A stretch of 64,000 nt of DNA, taken from Eledone cirrhosa. Its lineage: Eukaryota. The translations under genes and the position numbers were made by a program. Shown in pieces: positions 15,003 to 25,954 of the stretch (position 1 is the first letter of the stretch; each line of letters opens with the position of its first letter). The notes beneath the pieces were generated by a model that made no database searches, was not told the DNA's origin, and worked only from the letters and a program-made list of their open reading frames with translations. The stretch lies in assembly GCA_964016885.1 (NCBI GenBank), contig OZ024759.1, forward strand, positions 22,878,001 to 22,942,000, read 5' to 3'.

Positions 15003-15226
15003 AGGGCGGGGGTGGTTACCAGTATCGGAAGAGCATTGGACAACGTGCTTTATGGCTAGAGTTACGGCCCTTTGCTTTCTGAGTCCAAATCCTTCCGATG
15101 GTTAGCTTTGCCCTTCGTCCTTGCGGGGTGAATACAATAAAGTACCAGTAAGGCACTGGGGTCGTTTAATCGACTTTCTCCTTCCCTTCATATTGCTGCC
15201 CTTGTGCTTCAAGTAGAAACGATTAT
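15003..15226 (+). mobile_element. SINE family A (diverged)
   Basis: Head, central domain AAAGTACCAGTAAGGCACTGGGGTCG and tail GTAGAAACGATTAT. Confidence 0.8.
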
Positions 15227-15254
15227 ACTGTCTTAATGAAGTAGATTCTTAGTG

Positions 15255-16222
15255 TCGTTAGACCTGTTTTTCTGCTGGCTATCCAAAATCTAAAATCTAG
15301 GGCTTTGTCACTCCTGTTGGAGGAACACCTCCCTGGTTGACCTCCAGCACTTCCTATCTTTGGCCAACGAGGTCTACGTAGGGCTCAGGTACCGGGTCAG
15401 ATCTTCGCGCCACATGTTTACTCTGAAACGAGAGATGTGGCCTGCCCATCTATGTTTGGCCTTCTGTTATATTTAGACTCTTTCCCTCTTGTATCAACTG
15501 TTACATTCAGACTGTTTCCCTACTATCCAAACTCCAAAGCCTTCTCACTCCTGTTGGAGGAACCCCTCCTTTGTTATCCTCCACTGCTTACTATCTCTGG
15601 CTATATTGGTCTACGTGTGGCCGAAGTACCGGGTCAGATCTTCGCGCCCCCTAGCTTTTGGTCACCCTCTGATTCTTCTCCACTATCTTGGTGTCCACCC
15701 CGTCAGTCTAATAGTTCAGCTGTTGTTTCTGAAACGGGAAACGTGGGCAGTCCATCTATGTTTGCCTTTTGTTAAATTCAGACTGTTTTCCAAACTCCAA
15801 ACTCCAGGGCCTTCTCACTCCTTCGTTGACCTCCAGCTCTTCCTATATGTGACTATATTAGGCTATGTGGAGCCGAGGTACCGGGTGGGATCTTCGCACC
15901 ACCTGGCCTTAAATTAACTTCAGAATATAACAATCTTAAAAAGTCAAATCAGGCTAATGGCATCATGTAACCCATTACAACCTGCTTCGTGGTCGAATGG
16001 TCGGTGACCAAACCGGGCCTTCCAGCAAACACTGGGCTGGCGAGGAACGTAAATCGAACCAGCAGCATACAAAATAAAAGGGTGGATGGACTCCTCAGAT
16101 TCAACGATCACCCAACTCAAATGTCACCCTCTAATTGTTCTCCACTACCTTGATGTCCACTTTGTCAGTCTAACAGTTCACCGGTTGTCTCTGAAATGAG
16201 AAACGTAGCCAGCCTATCTATG
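15255..16222. repeat. Old degenerate tandem triplication (units of about 250-270 bp)
   Basis: CACTCCTGTTGGAGGAAC, GTACCGGGTCAGATCTTCGCGCC and TCTGAAAC.G.A.CGT.G recur three times. The third unit is interrupted at 15908-16124. Confidence 0.75.
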
Positions 16223-16245
16223 ATAGCCAACCCCACCTTACATAC

Positions 16246-16560
16246 CGATTATTTTCGATGTGATTTCTTTTACTCTATTTTGTTTATTTTCATTGTTTTA
16301 ATATTTCGATATATTCTAAAAACAGCCAATATCTCACTTAATGTATTCTGCTTTGTTCTATTTTGTTGTTGTTGCTGTTGTTGTATCCAAAGTTGTTTAG
16401 GGTAGGAAAATGGCGGCAGACTTCCAACAAATAGGTCTCTATATCCTTATGATACATATATGAATAAATACCCGGCTTTGTTAACACAAATATAAACCGA
16501 TAAAAATAGCGCAGACGAATAAGGACGCTGTGACGTCATATCCGGAAACGGATTTCCACA
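16246..16560 (-). promoter_or_regulatory. Candidate promoter plus non-coding first exon
   Basis: TGACGTCA (CRE-like, 16531-16538), CCGGAA (ETS-like, 16542-16547) and AAAATGGCGGC (YY1-like, 16407-16417), with a minus-strand donor G|GTATGT at 16246/16245, all in non-repetitive sequence. Confidence 0.4.
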
Positions 16561-16675
16561 TTCAGCTGGCCAGGAAATTAAAAGAAAAGTAAATATAACA
16601 AAATAAAAAAAAACAATATAAAACAGATTATATATATATATACACATACACTCTCACATACATATACACACACAC

Positions 16676-16733
<58 letters not shown>

Positions 16734-16819
16734 ATACATACATATATAGACATATATATATATATAAACATATATACACATATGTACATACAAATATAGA
16801 CATATATATATAAACATAT

Positions 16820-16864
<45 letters not shown>

Positions 16865-17119
16865 CATATATAGACATATATATATATATATATATAAACA
16901 TATATACACGCACACACATTATATATATATATATATATATAGAAATATTTATAGTTAAAGATATTCATGTGCATGGATTGATGTAGACAGATTCATTTCC
17001 CACTTCCACCACCACCACCACTCTTACCACCACCACTACCACCACCACCACCACACCTACTACCACCACCACCAGCACCACCGTCATCATCATTATCCAA
17101 GTATATATTTGTCGACGAA

Positions 17120-17760
17120 TTAGGTAAGTAGGTAGAACATGGAAGATGAGGCCTTGCACTATTCGTTCAGATTCTCTGTATTCTGGGGTCAAATCCCGCC
17201 ATGGTCAACTTTGCCTTTCATCCTTGTAGGGGTCGATAAAAGAAAGTACCAGTTAAATACTGAGGTCGATATAATTGACTTAACCTTTCTATAAAAAAAA
17301 TTATAGGCCTTGTGTCTAAATTAGAAATCATTATTAACTTTGCCTTTCATCCTTACGGCGTTGATAAAATAAAGTACCAGTAATACACTGGGGATGTGCT
17401 GGCCTTGTGCCAATAGTAGAAACAATTATTATATCAATAATTGTTTCTACTTTTGGCACAAGGCCAGCAATTACCCACTGTATTACTGGTACTTTATTTT
17501 ATCGACCCCGTAAGGAAAGTTAACCTCGGCGGGATTTGAACTCAGATCATAAAGAGCCGTAACTCATTGCTGCAAAGCATGGCGTCCGGGCCCTCTACCG
17601 ATACTGCTGTGGTTTCTGATTTCGGTACGAGACCAATTTCGTGGGGACTGGAAAGCCGATTAATTCGATCCTATTTCGTTACTGGTACTTCATTTTATTG
17701 ACACTTAAGGACGAAGGGCAAAGTTGACCACGGTGGAATTTGAACTGAGAGCGAAAAGTC
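17120..17760. mobile_element. Cluster of four SINE family A copies or fragments (two +, two -)
   Basis: Central domain seen at about 17205 (+), 17336 (+), 17485 (-) and 17680 (-). Confidence 0.85.
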
Positions 17761-17846
17761 ATAACTTTATGCCTCAAATCCACTGTATAACAAACCAGGA
17801 AGTCATTTAAATTTACCAATCCATGTAAGTTGAATTATAAAATGCT

Positions 17847-18270
17847 TTAAATTAACTTCAGAATGTAACAATCTTAAAAAGTCAAGTAAGGTTAATGGTA
17901 CCATGTAACCCAGTACCACCTGCTTCATGGTCGAATGGTCAGTGACCAAACCGGGCCTTCCACCAGACCCTGGTGTGGTGAGGAGCATAATTCGAACCCC
18001 AGTAGCACAAAAGATACGAGGCGTTAAAAGGGTGGATGGACTCTTCAGATTCAACGATCACCCAACTCAAATGTGGGTTAAATAGCCTCGAACCTGCAAT
18101 TGACCAAGCATGGTGAGTACGGTTACACCCTCTGAAAACATGATCAAAGACAAATAGAAAACGGTAGCGGTTCCTTCAACATAAGTGAGAAGGCCCTGGA
18201 TTGGATTGGGTAAAAAAAATGTTAAACACATGGCGACCAACAGCCTCTGAAAGGTTCATAAGCTGATTAT
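17847..18270 (+). mobile_element. Unclassified interspersed repeat; the first 225 bp or so are duplicated at 15908-16124
   Basis: TTAAATTAACTTCAGAAT...GGTCGAATGGTC.GTGACCAAACCGGGCCTTCCA...GATTCAACGATCACCCAACTCAAATGT is shared by both loci. Confidence 0.65.
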
Positions 18271-18986
18271 TAAGGTATGATGCTAGAGCTGTGAAATCTT
18301 GCATGCATTAATGTCAACCTTTCTTATTAATAACTGCATTGTTTTTTTACAGGGACTCTATTGAAAAATAAACCTCATTTGGTTATTCCATGAGAGTAAC
18401 TTGGTCAGTCTATGAGCATTTCAACCGACACTGGTGTATGTGAGTGAGTGAATGAATGAGTGGCTGTATGTCTGTGTATTTAAAGACAATCGTGTGTTAA
18501 TCGAGGGATGCAGTTTGGCCGCTATTTCTAGCTAGATCGTAACAACTACGTAGAAACTCCTTATATGGACATCTGTTTGAGAAATGTCAAGAAGGCCTTA
18601 AAGCTAGGAATTAAAGCTAACAGGTTGAATTAACAAAATAGAAATATGTGGGAGAAGGTTTTAAAGAGGGCAGGGAGGGTCAAGTTTGAAGATAAAACGA
18701 GCTGAAAAGGAAAAGAAAACAAATAAGATGAAGTGGAGGAGGGAGAGAAGTAAATATGAAATAAAAAACGAAAAATGATGAAAAGAAAGAAGAAAAAGGC
18801 GGAGAAGAAGACGAAAAGAAAGAAAAAAGAGAAAAAGGAAAAAGAAAAAGAAGAACGAAGGGTGTTAGGGAGTAGAGAGGGGTCGTGGGTGTAGAGAGGG
18901 GTCGTGGGTGTAGAGAGGGGTGGTGGGAGTGGAGCGGGGTGGGGTATGCATGCGGTCTTCAGGGATTACAGGTGTGGAACAGAAAC

Positions 18987-19075
<89 letters not shown>

Positions 19076-19417
19076 GCGCGTGCGAGACAGTGAGTAAGGG
19101 CGCGTGTATATGAATATGTGTGCGTAGGAGTGTATGTTTGTGTGTAGGAATGTGTCTGTGCAGGAGTAGATGTGGGAGGACACTGCTTCTCCACTCCGGT
19201 TCAAGTACGGTGTCAACTACCGATGGAAAAGAGGCTAGGTTACGGTGGAGAGAGAAATGATGTAATTTCTGGATATTTCAAAAAGGAAGTGAGCGGTGTT
19301 TGGTGTATATAATTAGCAGAGTCAGAGGGTTTTAAGGAGAGAAACAGTATGTATATATGTGTGTGTGTATATATTATGTCAAGGCAGAATTCTACCTGCA
19401 ACCCTGATGGTATCCAA

Positions 19418-19741
19418 TGATGTTGACTTGTTCTTCTTTTTGGTAAATATCACCTTGGGTTAAGAGAGTGGGACTGGCTTTGTGCAGTGCCTTTGCTCAC
19501 TATAAAAGCTTCACGGCACAGGCATTGCTTTATACCTAGAGATCTCTCTGCACTTGTCATCACATGGTACCATGGGCCCAGCACTATGTGTCAGTAATTG
19601 TCACAAGTGTAGTGTTTGTACCAGAGTTTTCAAGTCGCTGGCTGGACTAAAAAGTCACACTCGTTCAGCGCATCAGTAGGGGTTCTCCTACATGGATATA
19701 AAGTAGTGGCCGCACTCGAAAACTAGTTGGCAGCCACCATA
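19418..19741 (-). mobile_element. Unclassified TA-flanked interspersed repeat (family D)
   Basis: Reverse complement of 54497-54703. Diverged copies at 52253-52500 and 51930-51970. Confidence 0.75.
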
Positions 19742-19744
19742 TAT

Positions 19745-19785
<41 letters not shown>

Positions 19786-19791
<6 letters not shown>

Positions 19792-19991
19792 CAAAGGAAT
19801 TGTGGTAAGGGACCAGTTGGACCATAACGCACCAGAGTACTCAATACTTCGGGTAGTAGAGTGGGGAATAGGAAAAGGTATGACCCCGACGGCAGAGCTC
19901 AAGCCGTTTCGACGGCTATTTCTGGACCTATTCTGGTCCAGAAATAGCCGTCGAAACGGCTTGAGCTCTGCCGTCGGGGTCATACTTTTTG

Positions 19992-19995
<4 letters not shown>
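19786..19995 (-). mobile_element. TA-embedded fold-back element (family P1) with 51-bp perfect inverted arms
   Basis: GTATGACCCC...TTCTGGACC / TATTCT / GGTCCAGAA...GGGGTCATAC. Relatives at 20394-20570, 36122-36301 and 51682-51808; fragments at about 1966-2010 and 50027-50050. Confidence 0.8.
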
Positions 19996-20045
<50 letters not shown>

Positions 20046-20260
20046 CGTTTCTGAATTTGTTTAGCAAAATTCTTTATCTGAAATCGTGTGTTGAAACCGA
20101 TATTGTTATACTTTGGGAGGGTCATGTTGCCAATAAGAAACACACGCACCAGTTGCTTTCACTTCAATTTAATTTATTATATATTTATAAATTTACAAAT
20201 TTATAAATTTCTGGTTGGTTGGTTGGTTCCACAACCAGATAGTTGTTTATATATATATAT

Positions 20261-20303
20261 AGTCATAGTTCTTTCGTCACACACTGTGACCTCTTCAGTG
20301 ACT
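20261..20303 (-). ncRNA. Minimal type I hammerhead ribozyme-like motif (one extra G before stem II)
   Basis: AGUCA-CUGAAGA-G-GUCAC agugu GUGAC-GAA-AG aa CU-A-UGACU: 5-bp stem I, 5-bp stem II, CUA site. Confidence 0.6.
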
Positions 20304-20393
20304 GGGGATTTCTTTCTTCGTTTCTGTGCCTATATATATATATATTTCTTTACATATATATATATCTTTACATACACATATATGTATATATAT

Positions 20394-20570
20394 GAAAAGA
20401 GTCAGGACCCCGACGGCTGAGCTCCAGCCATTTCGACAGCTCGGAACTTGCTGTCGAAACGGTCGGAGATCAGCCGTCGGGGTACTGACTCTTCCTATTA
20501 CCCACTCTACTACCCTAAGTACTTTGGTGCGTTATGATCCACCTGGTATCTTACAAACACCTTTGTTATA
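20394..20570 (+). mobile_element. Fold-back element family P1
   Basis: Imperfect palindrome AAGAGTCAGGACCCCGACGGCTGA...TCAGCCGTCGGGGTACTGACTCTT plus the shared tail ending TTTGTTATA. Confidence 0.8.
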
Positions 20571-20581
20571 TGTATAAATAT

Positions 20582-20624
<43 letters not shown>

Positions 20625-20672
20625 CATACACATATATATATACATACATATATGCTTGTATATATATAGATA

Positions 20673-20703
<31 letters not shown>

Positions 20704-20866
20704 ATAACAAAGAATGTGTTTGTACGATAGATCATTCCTCGAGCTGATCGACAGTGAAATATGTGATATGTTATTAAATATGTTATGATGCAACACTGAT
20801 TCTTTGTTCTTTTATTCTTATACTATTATACTCTGCTCTGCGCGAACATCTATCGACGCAATTATC

Positions 20867-20944
<78 letters not shown>

Positions 20945-20975
20945 CATGAATCAAAGTTCTGTTTAAATCATTTAT

Positions 20976-21024
20976 TTGCTTACAATTGTTTCTTCCAAAC
21001 CGAGGTTTGGAGTCTTCAGAGCAA
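20976..21024 (-). ncRNA. Minimal type I hammerhead ribozyme motif
   Basis: UUGCU-CUGAAGA-cUCCAAAC cucg GUUUGGAa-GAA-ACAAUUGU-A-AGCAA: intact core, palindromic stem III, GUA site. The stem II closing pair is mismatched (C.A). Confidence 0.75.
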
Positions 21025-21088
21025 TTATTCAGTGATTTTTTTACATACTTGACCTCCTTTTCAACACAAGTATCCTTAATACTATTAA

Positions 21089-21132
<44 letters not shown>

Positions 21133-21139
21133 ATATAAT

Positions 21140-21590
21140 ATAGTAATGGCTTCTATCAGACTAGAACTGTTTCATTCGGTAGAAATCATTAGGAAAGCCT
21201 GGTCCATTTCTATATTAAATATTTAAACCCTGATATGTATTGAATACCTTATTTATTGTGGTTACCCCCGATTGGACCCGGGTTAAACATCTAAGACCTT
21301 AGAGCCAATATCGTAGGGAACCACATATCTAATATTTTGCTGAGAACAATTTAATTTGACTAAAAGACTAAAGAAGTATTATACTAACATAGTCAATAAG
21401 TTTTTATACATCCTATATGGTACCATTTCATGCTAGCAAAAATCATCAAAAATTATCCTTAACATTGGTAAACGGTGAAACCAAGAACCAGTAATCATTA
21501 GTAAGCAACTTGAAATTCTAGAAAAATATTAGACAAGAATATATCGAAGAAGTACCACACATTTTCCCTGGCATCACATAAAATATTTTG
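21140..21590 (+). mobile_element. Degenerate Penelope-like element fragment with an inverted hammerhead-like end
   Basis: Frameshifted pieces PIWY..., IILNIGK and HFPWHH resemble the IIWFNPP...TNIGK.FL.LI.KHFP..H segment of Penelope-like ORFs. 21140-21290 is shared with 35880-36045 and 12712-12755. Confidence 0.5.
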
Positions 21591-22738
21591 TGTACTTATA
21601 ACTTAATTGCTATAAATTAATGTTTTGTCTCTCGTCTCTTACTCTACTGGACAACGTTTGGCTTGTGTCAGATGCTTTGACCCCGGATGGAGGATTGCAT
21701 GTTGCAATGGCGCCCCTACAACTGCACCAGGAGTTACGGGCACATATATATACAACGTGTCTCTGAGTTATGCGCCCTCACCGGCTGCCAAATTGTACTA
21801 AAAGCAGCTCCAGCCCTTTATGAGACCATGTGATAGAAATGTTACCAGTCAATACTGACAAATAGCAATTTAGCCAAAGAACACATAGATACATACAGAG
21901 AGGTACACAGACACAGAGAGAGAGAGACACACACACACATATATACACAGAGACACACTCAGACACTGACAGATACACACACACAGACGCACATACACAC
22001 ACACAGAAACAGATACACACAGAGAAACAAACAGACACACACACACCTTCCAATGGTCTGTCATACTATAAATTTCAGCCCTGCTCTGCCAAACACACAC
22101 AGGCAGTCATAAATAGATAAACACACACACACACAAACCCCCTCCTACATACAATGGTCTGTCATAAATTTCAGTCCTGCTCTGCCTAACACACATACAC
22201 ACACAGACGCAAAGACCCCCCCCCCCCCACAAACACCACAAAACTTCTAATGGTAGGTCATTTGATTTGGTTTGTCCAACCATAAATTTCAGTCCTGCTC
22301 AGTCTCACACATACAGACCCCGTCTCCCCACAGAACTCCCCTCGCCCTACACACAGACGCCACTACACACATACACACAAACCCCACTGCACACACAGCC
22401 CCCCCTCTACACACAGAGTCCCTAAATACACATTCTCCCCTCTCATATACACACATACCCCCCCACAGACCATCCTCCCCCCAACCCCCATACACACATA
22501 GCTCCCCTCCCACATACTCACAGAGCCCCCCCCTTACACACACAAACTCCTCTACACCTCCCTTTCCCCACACCCCACGTAACTTCTAATGGTAGGTCAT
22601 TTTATTTGGTTTGTCCAACCATAAATTTCAGTCCTGCTCTGTCTAATGTAATCAATTAATTTTTATTGAATTTAGTTCAATTTAGATTCTTCAGCTTATT
22701 AGCTCTACTAATGTTTCATGAAACACTTTACGGTAAAG

Positions 22739-23250
22739 ATGTTGTTGTTACTGCTGTTATTACTGTAGTTGTTACTGTTGTTACTGCTGTTATTGTTGTT
22801 GTTGTTACTGCTGTTATTGTTGTTGTTGTTACTGTAGTTGTTCTTGTTGGTACTGTTGTTACTGCTGTTATTGTTGTTGTTACTGCTGTTATTGTTGTTG
22901 TTGTTACTGTAGTTGTTCTTGTTACTGTTGTTACTGCTGTTATTGTTGTTGTTGTTCTTGTTGTTGGTACTGTTGTTACTGCTGTTATTGTTGTTGTTGT
23001 TACTGTTGTTATTCTTGTTGGTACTGTTGTTACTGCTGTTATTGTTGTTTACTGTGGTTGTTGTTGTCACTGTAGTTGTTCTTGTTGTTACTGTTGTTAC
23101 TGCTGTTACTATTATTGTTGTTACTGTGGTTGTTATTGTAGTTGCTGTTGTTGTTGTTACTACTGTTGTTGTTAATGTTGCTGTTACTGCTGTTGTTGTT
23201 ACTAATGTTATTGTTGGTACTGTAGTTCTTGTTACAATGGTGGTTGTTAA
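22739..23250. repeat. (GTT/ACT/GCT)n low-complexity tract
   Basis: Directly visible. Confidence 0.9.
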
Positions 23251-23367
23251 TATTTCCTTAAGGGTACACATGGAAGTGTGTACCCTTAAGGTAGTTCTCA
23301 GGGAGATTCTACCAGACACAGTGTGTGACAAAACTGTCATTTTGAATTTCAGGTAAAACTAATTATT

Positions 23368-23848
23368 TTTTCCCAGCTGAGTGAACTGGAGCAACGTGAA
23401 ATAAAGTGTCTTGCTCAAGGAGACAACGTGGAATAAAGTCTCTTGCTTGAGGACACAACGTGGAATGAAGTGTTTTGCTTGAGGACACAGCGTAAAATAA
23501 AGTGTCTTGCTTGAGGGCACAACGGGAAATAAAGTGTCTTGCTCAAGGACACAGCGTAAAATAAAGTGTCTTGCTTGAGGGCACAACGGGAAATAAAGTG
23601 TCTTGCTCAAGGACACAGCGTAAAATAAAGTGTCTTGCTTGAGGGCACAACGGGAAATAAAGTGTCTTGCTCAAGGACACAGCGTAAAATAAAGTGTCTT
23701 GCTTGAGGGCACAACGGGAAATAAAGTGTCTTGCTCAAGGACACAGCGTAAAATAAAGTGTCTTGCTCAAGGACACAATGCACCGCAAGAAATCGAACTG
23801 ATGGTCTTACGATCTTGAGTCAAACACCCTAACCCTTAAGCCAGACAC
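23368..23848 (-). mobile_element. CORE-type SINE (family B) with its central domain amplified as 12 x 32 bp
   Basis: tRNA-like head at 23780-23848. Array 23392-23775 of CAACG.GAAATAAAGTGTCTTGCT.AGG.CA. Unexpanded copies at 31464, 49717 and 62960. Confidence 0.88.
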
Positions 23849-24299
23849 ATTGACGTAGCTCGTATAATTTGATCTCACTATTATAGAACAAGATATACAC
23901 AATTACCAAATAATGTGTTGTATTGAATTGTCTGAGATAATAACTAGAGAAGTCTTTCAAATAAATATCTAATGACGGAAATCATATTTCCTCATTTAGT
24001 TGTTACATTATATAGTAATTGTTCGTTTAAATGCACAATGTACTTTTCTGTGGAGCCTCCGTCACTGACAACGATGAGTGTTACAGTTTAGAATTCACAT
24101 GCTGTTAACTCGAAAGCAGTTCAGCAAAAAATTAAAAATTAAAAATTAAATTAAATTAAATTAAATTATATAAATGACACGTATACTCTACAATATGGGT
24201 GTTTGTCTTTTCTTCCGCCATGATCAAAGTATAACGAAGTGTTGACACGTGAAAACTCGAAAGAAAGGTCTAACGCTCGCTTCCATTTAATTATGGTAT

Positions 24300-24500
24300 A
24301 TAAAAAAGTACCAGTCAAGTACTGGGGTTGATTCTTCCTCTATATTTCTTTGTCACTTCCATTCTCTCACTCTCTGAAAGAAACCTGCTATATTCAGACC
24401 TGGAGAAAAAATGGGCCCCGCCAAGTTTAAAAGTGCCCTAGAAACGCCGTGTGTCATTACAGTGCCCTCCCGACCACCTCATGAGTTACGGGACCATACC
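24300..24500 (+). mobile_element. SINE A2 3' half
   Basis: AGTACCAGTCAAGTACTGGGGTTGATT...GCCCTAGAAACGCCG...GAGTTACGGGACCATAC. Confidence 0.75.
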
Positions 24501-24813
24501 ATGGATATATTAAGTATTTTTCTGCAGTTCCTTACAAACTGTATCAATTACATTATATAGAGAAAATAACACTTTTTTTTTCTTTTGTAAGGTTTCTTTA
24601 AAAATCCGTGGCTAGCTGAAGCGTGTTAATTGGCCCCACATTATATATATATATATACAGAAAGAGGGAGAGAGAGAGAGGTTTTTGATCCCCTATGATT
24701 GAACACATATTTCTATGTGTACTTCTTTCTATATGATGATTTATAAAGAGCCCGAAATCTATCCTTGAGCTCATTATATTATAGGGGATTAATGTGAGTC
24801 TTTAACTCCGTTA

Positions 24814-24881
<68 letters not shown>

Positions 24882-24925
24882 AATGGTTTTTTAAAATCCA
24901 AATTCAATAAACAGACCAGGATTTT

Positions 24926-24983
24926 TTCATTCTGAGGATTGAAAGCAAAATCTTTTGCTTTTAAGAAACCACTGGTAAATGGA
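24926..24983 (+). ncRNA. Minimal type I hammerhead ribozyme motif
   Basis: UUCAUU-CUGAGGA-UUGAAAGCAAA aucu UUUGCUUUUAA-GAA-ACCA c UGGU-A-AAUGGA. Related to 63609-63801. Confidence 0.72.
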
Positions 24984-25017
24984 ATAATTGCCTTATGTTG
25001 TTTATTACATAATAATA

Positions 25018-25134
<117 letters not shown>

Positions 25135-25954
25135 GAAGAAAAAAATAGATAGGTAGATGGTTAGATAGACAGGCAGATAAATAGATAGATAGATTGACAT
25201 ATAGATAGTCAGACAGACAGACAGAAAATTAGATAGATAGATAGATGAGTTGGTAAGTAGGTAGAAGCCAAAGAAGAAATTATTAATCCTGAAAATACTC
25301 GAGGAAGCAAGTTGATTAAATATGTTTACATTAATATACAAATTAGTACGTCCATTTCAGTATACCACTATAAGTGACAGGGTGAAAGAACCCCTCAGGT
25401 ACTTTGTTTAAATCAATGATACCCAACGTGGGTGGGTTCTCAGGCCCATAAGTAGGCCTGAGAAAGCTTTTAAATGGGCCTGGAGTTGGCCCAAGGAGAT
25501 TAGGTGGGCTTTGAAATTCTATCTGTGTTTTTCTCTGGAGTGAAATTATGAAACAACAAACTACTTCACTTTATTTTTAAAGGAGCATAATTCAGAAATA
25601 ATTTAAATAATAGGCTTGAAAGTTCAACTTGACAAGTTGATAGACACCAAAAACAATGTAGTCATTAGTCAGGTTTTATATATTCTACTATATTTTACTT
25701 TGTAAATAAACTGTTTCCTGTTACATGGAATTTCTATTTGTGCTTATGTAAGCCTGAATTATTTTGACATAAAAAATGGGACACAAAGTAGAAAAGGTTG
25801 TGAAACAATAGTTTAAATGATGTACATATCTTCCGAGGAGAAGACAAGCTATTAATCATTCTTTCAAATTGCAGGGCAACAGTTACATTTGGCATGTTTA
25901 CATGTCTACAAACTAGTACTACACACTGTAAACATATACATACACACACAGATA

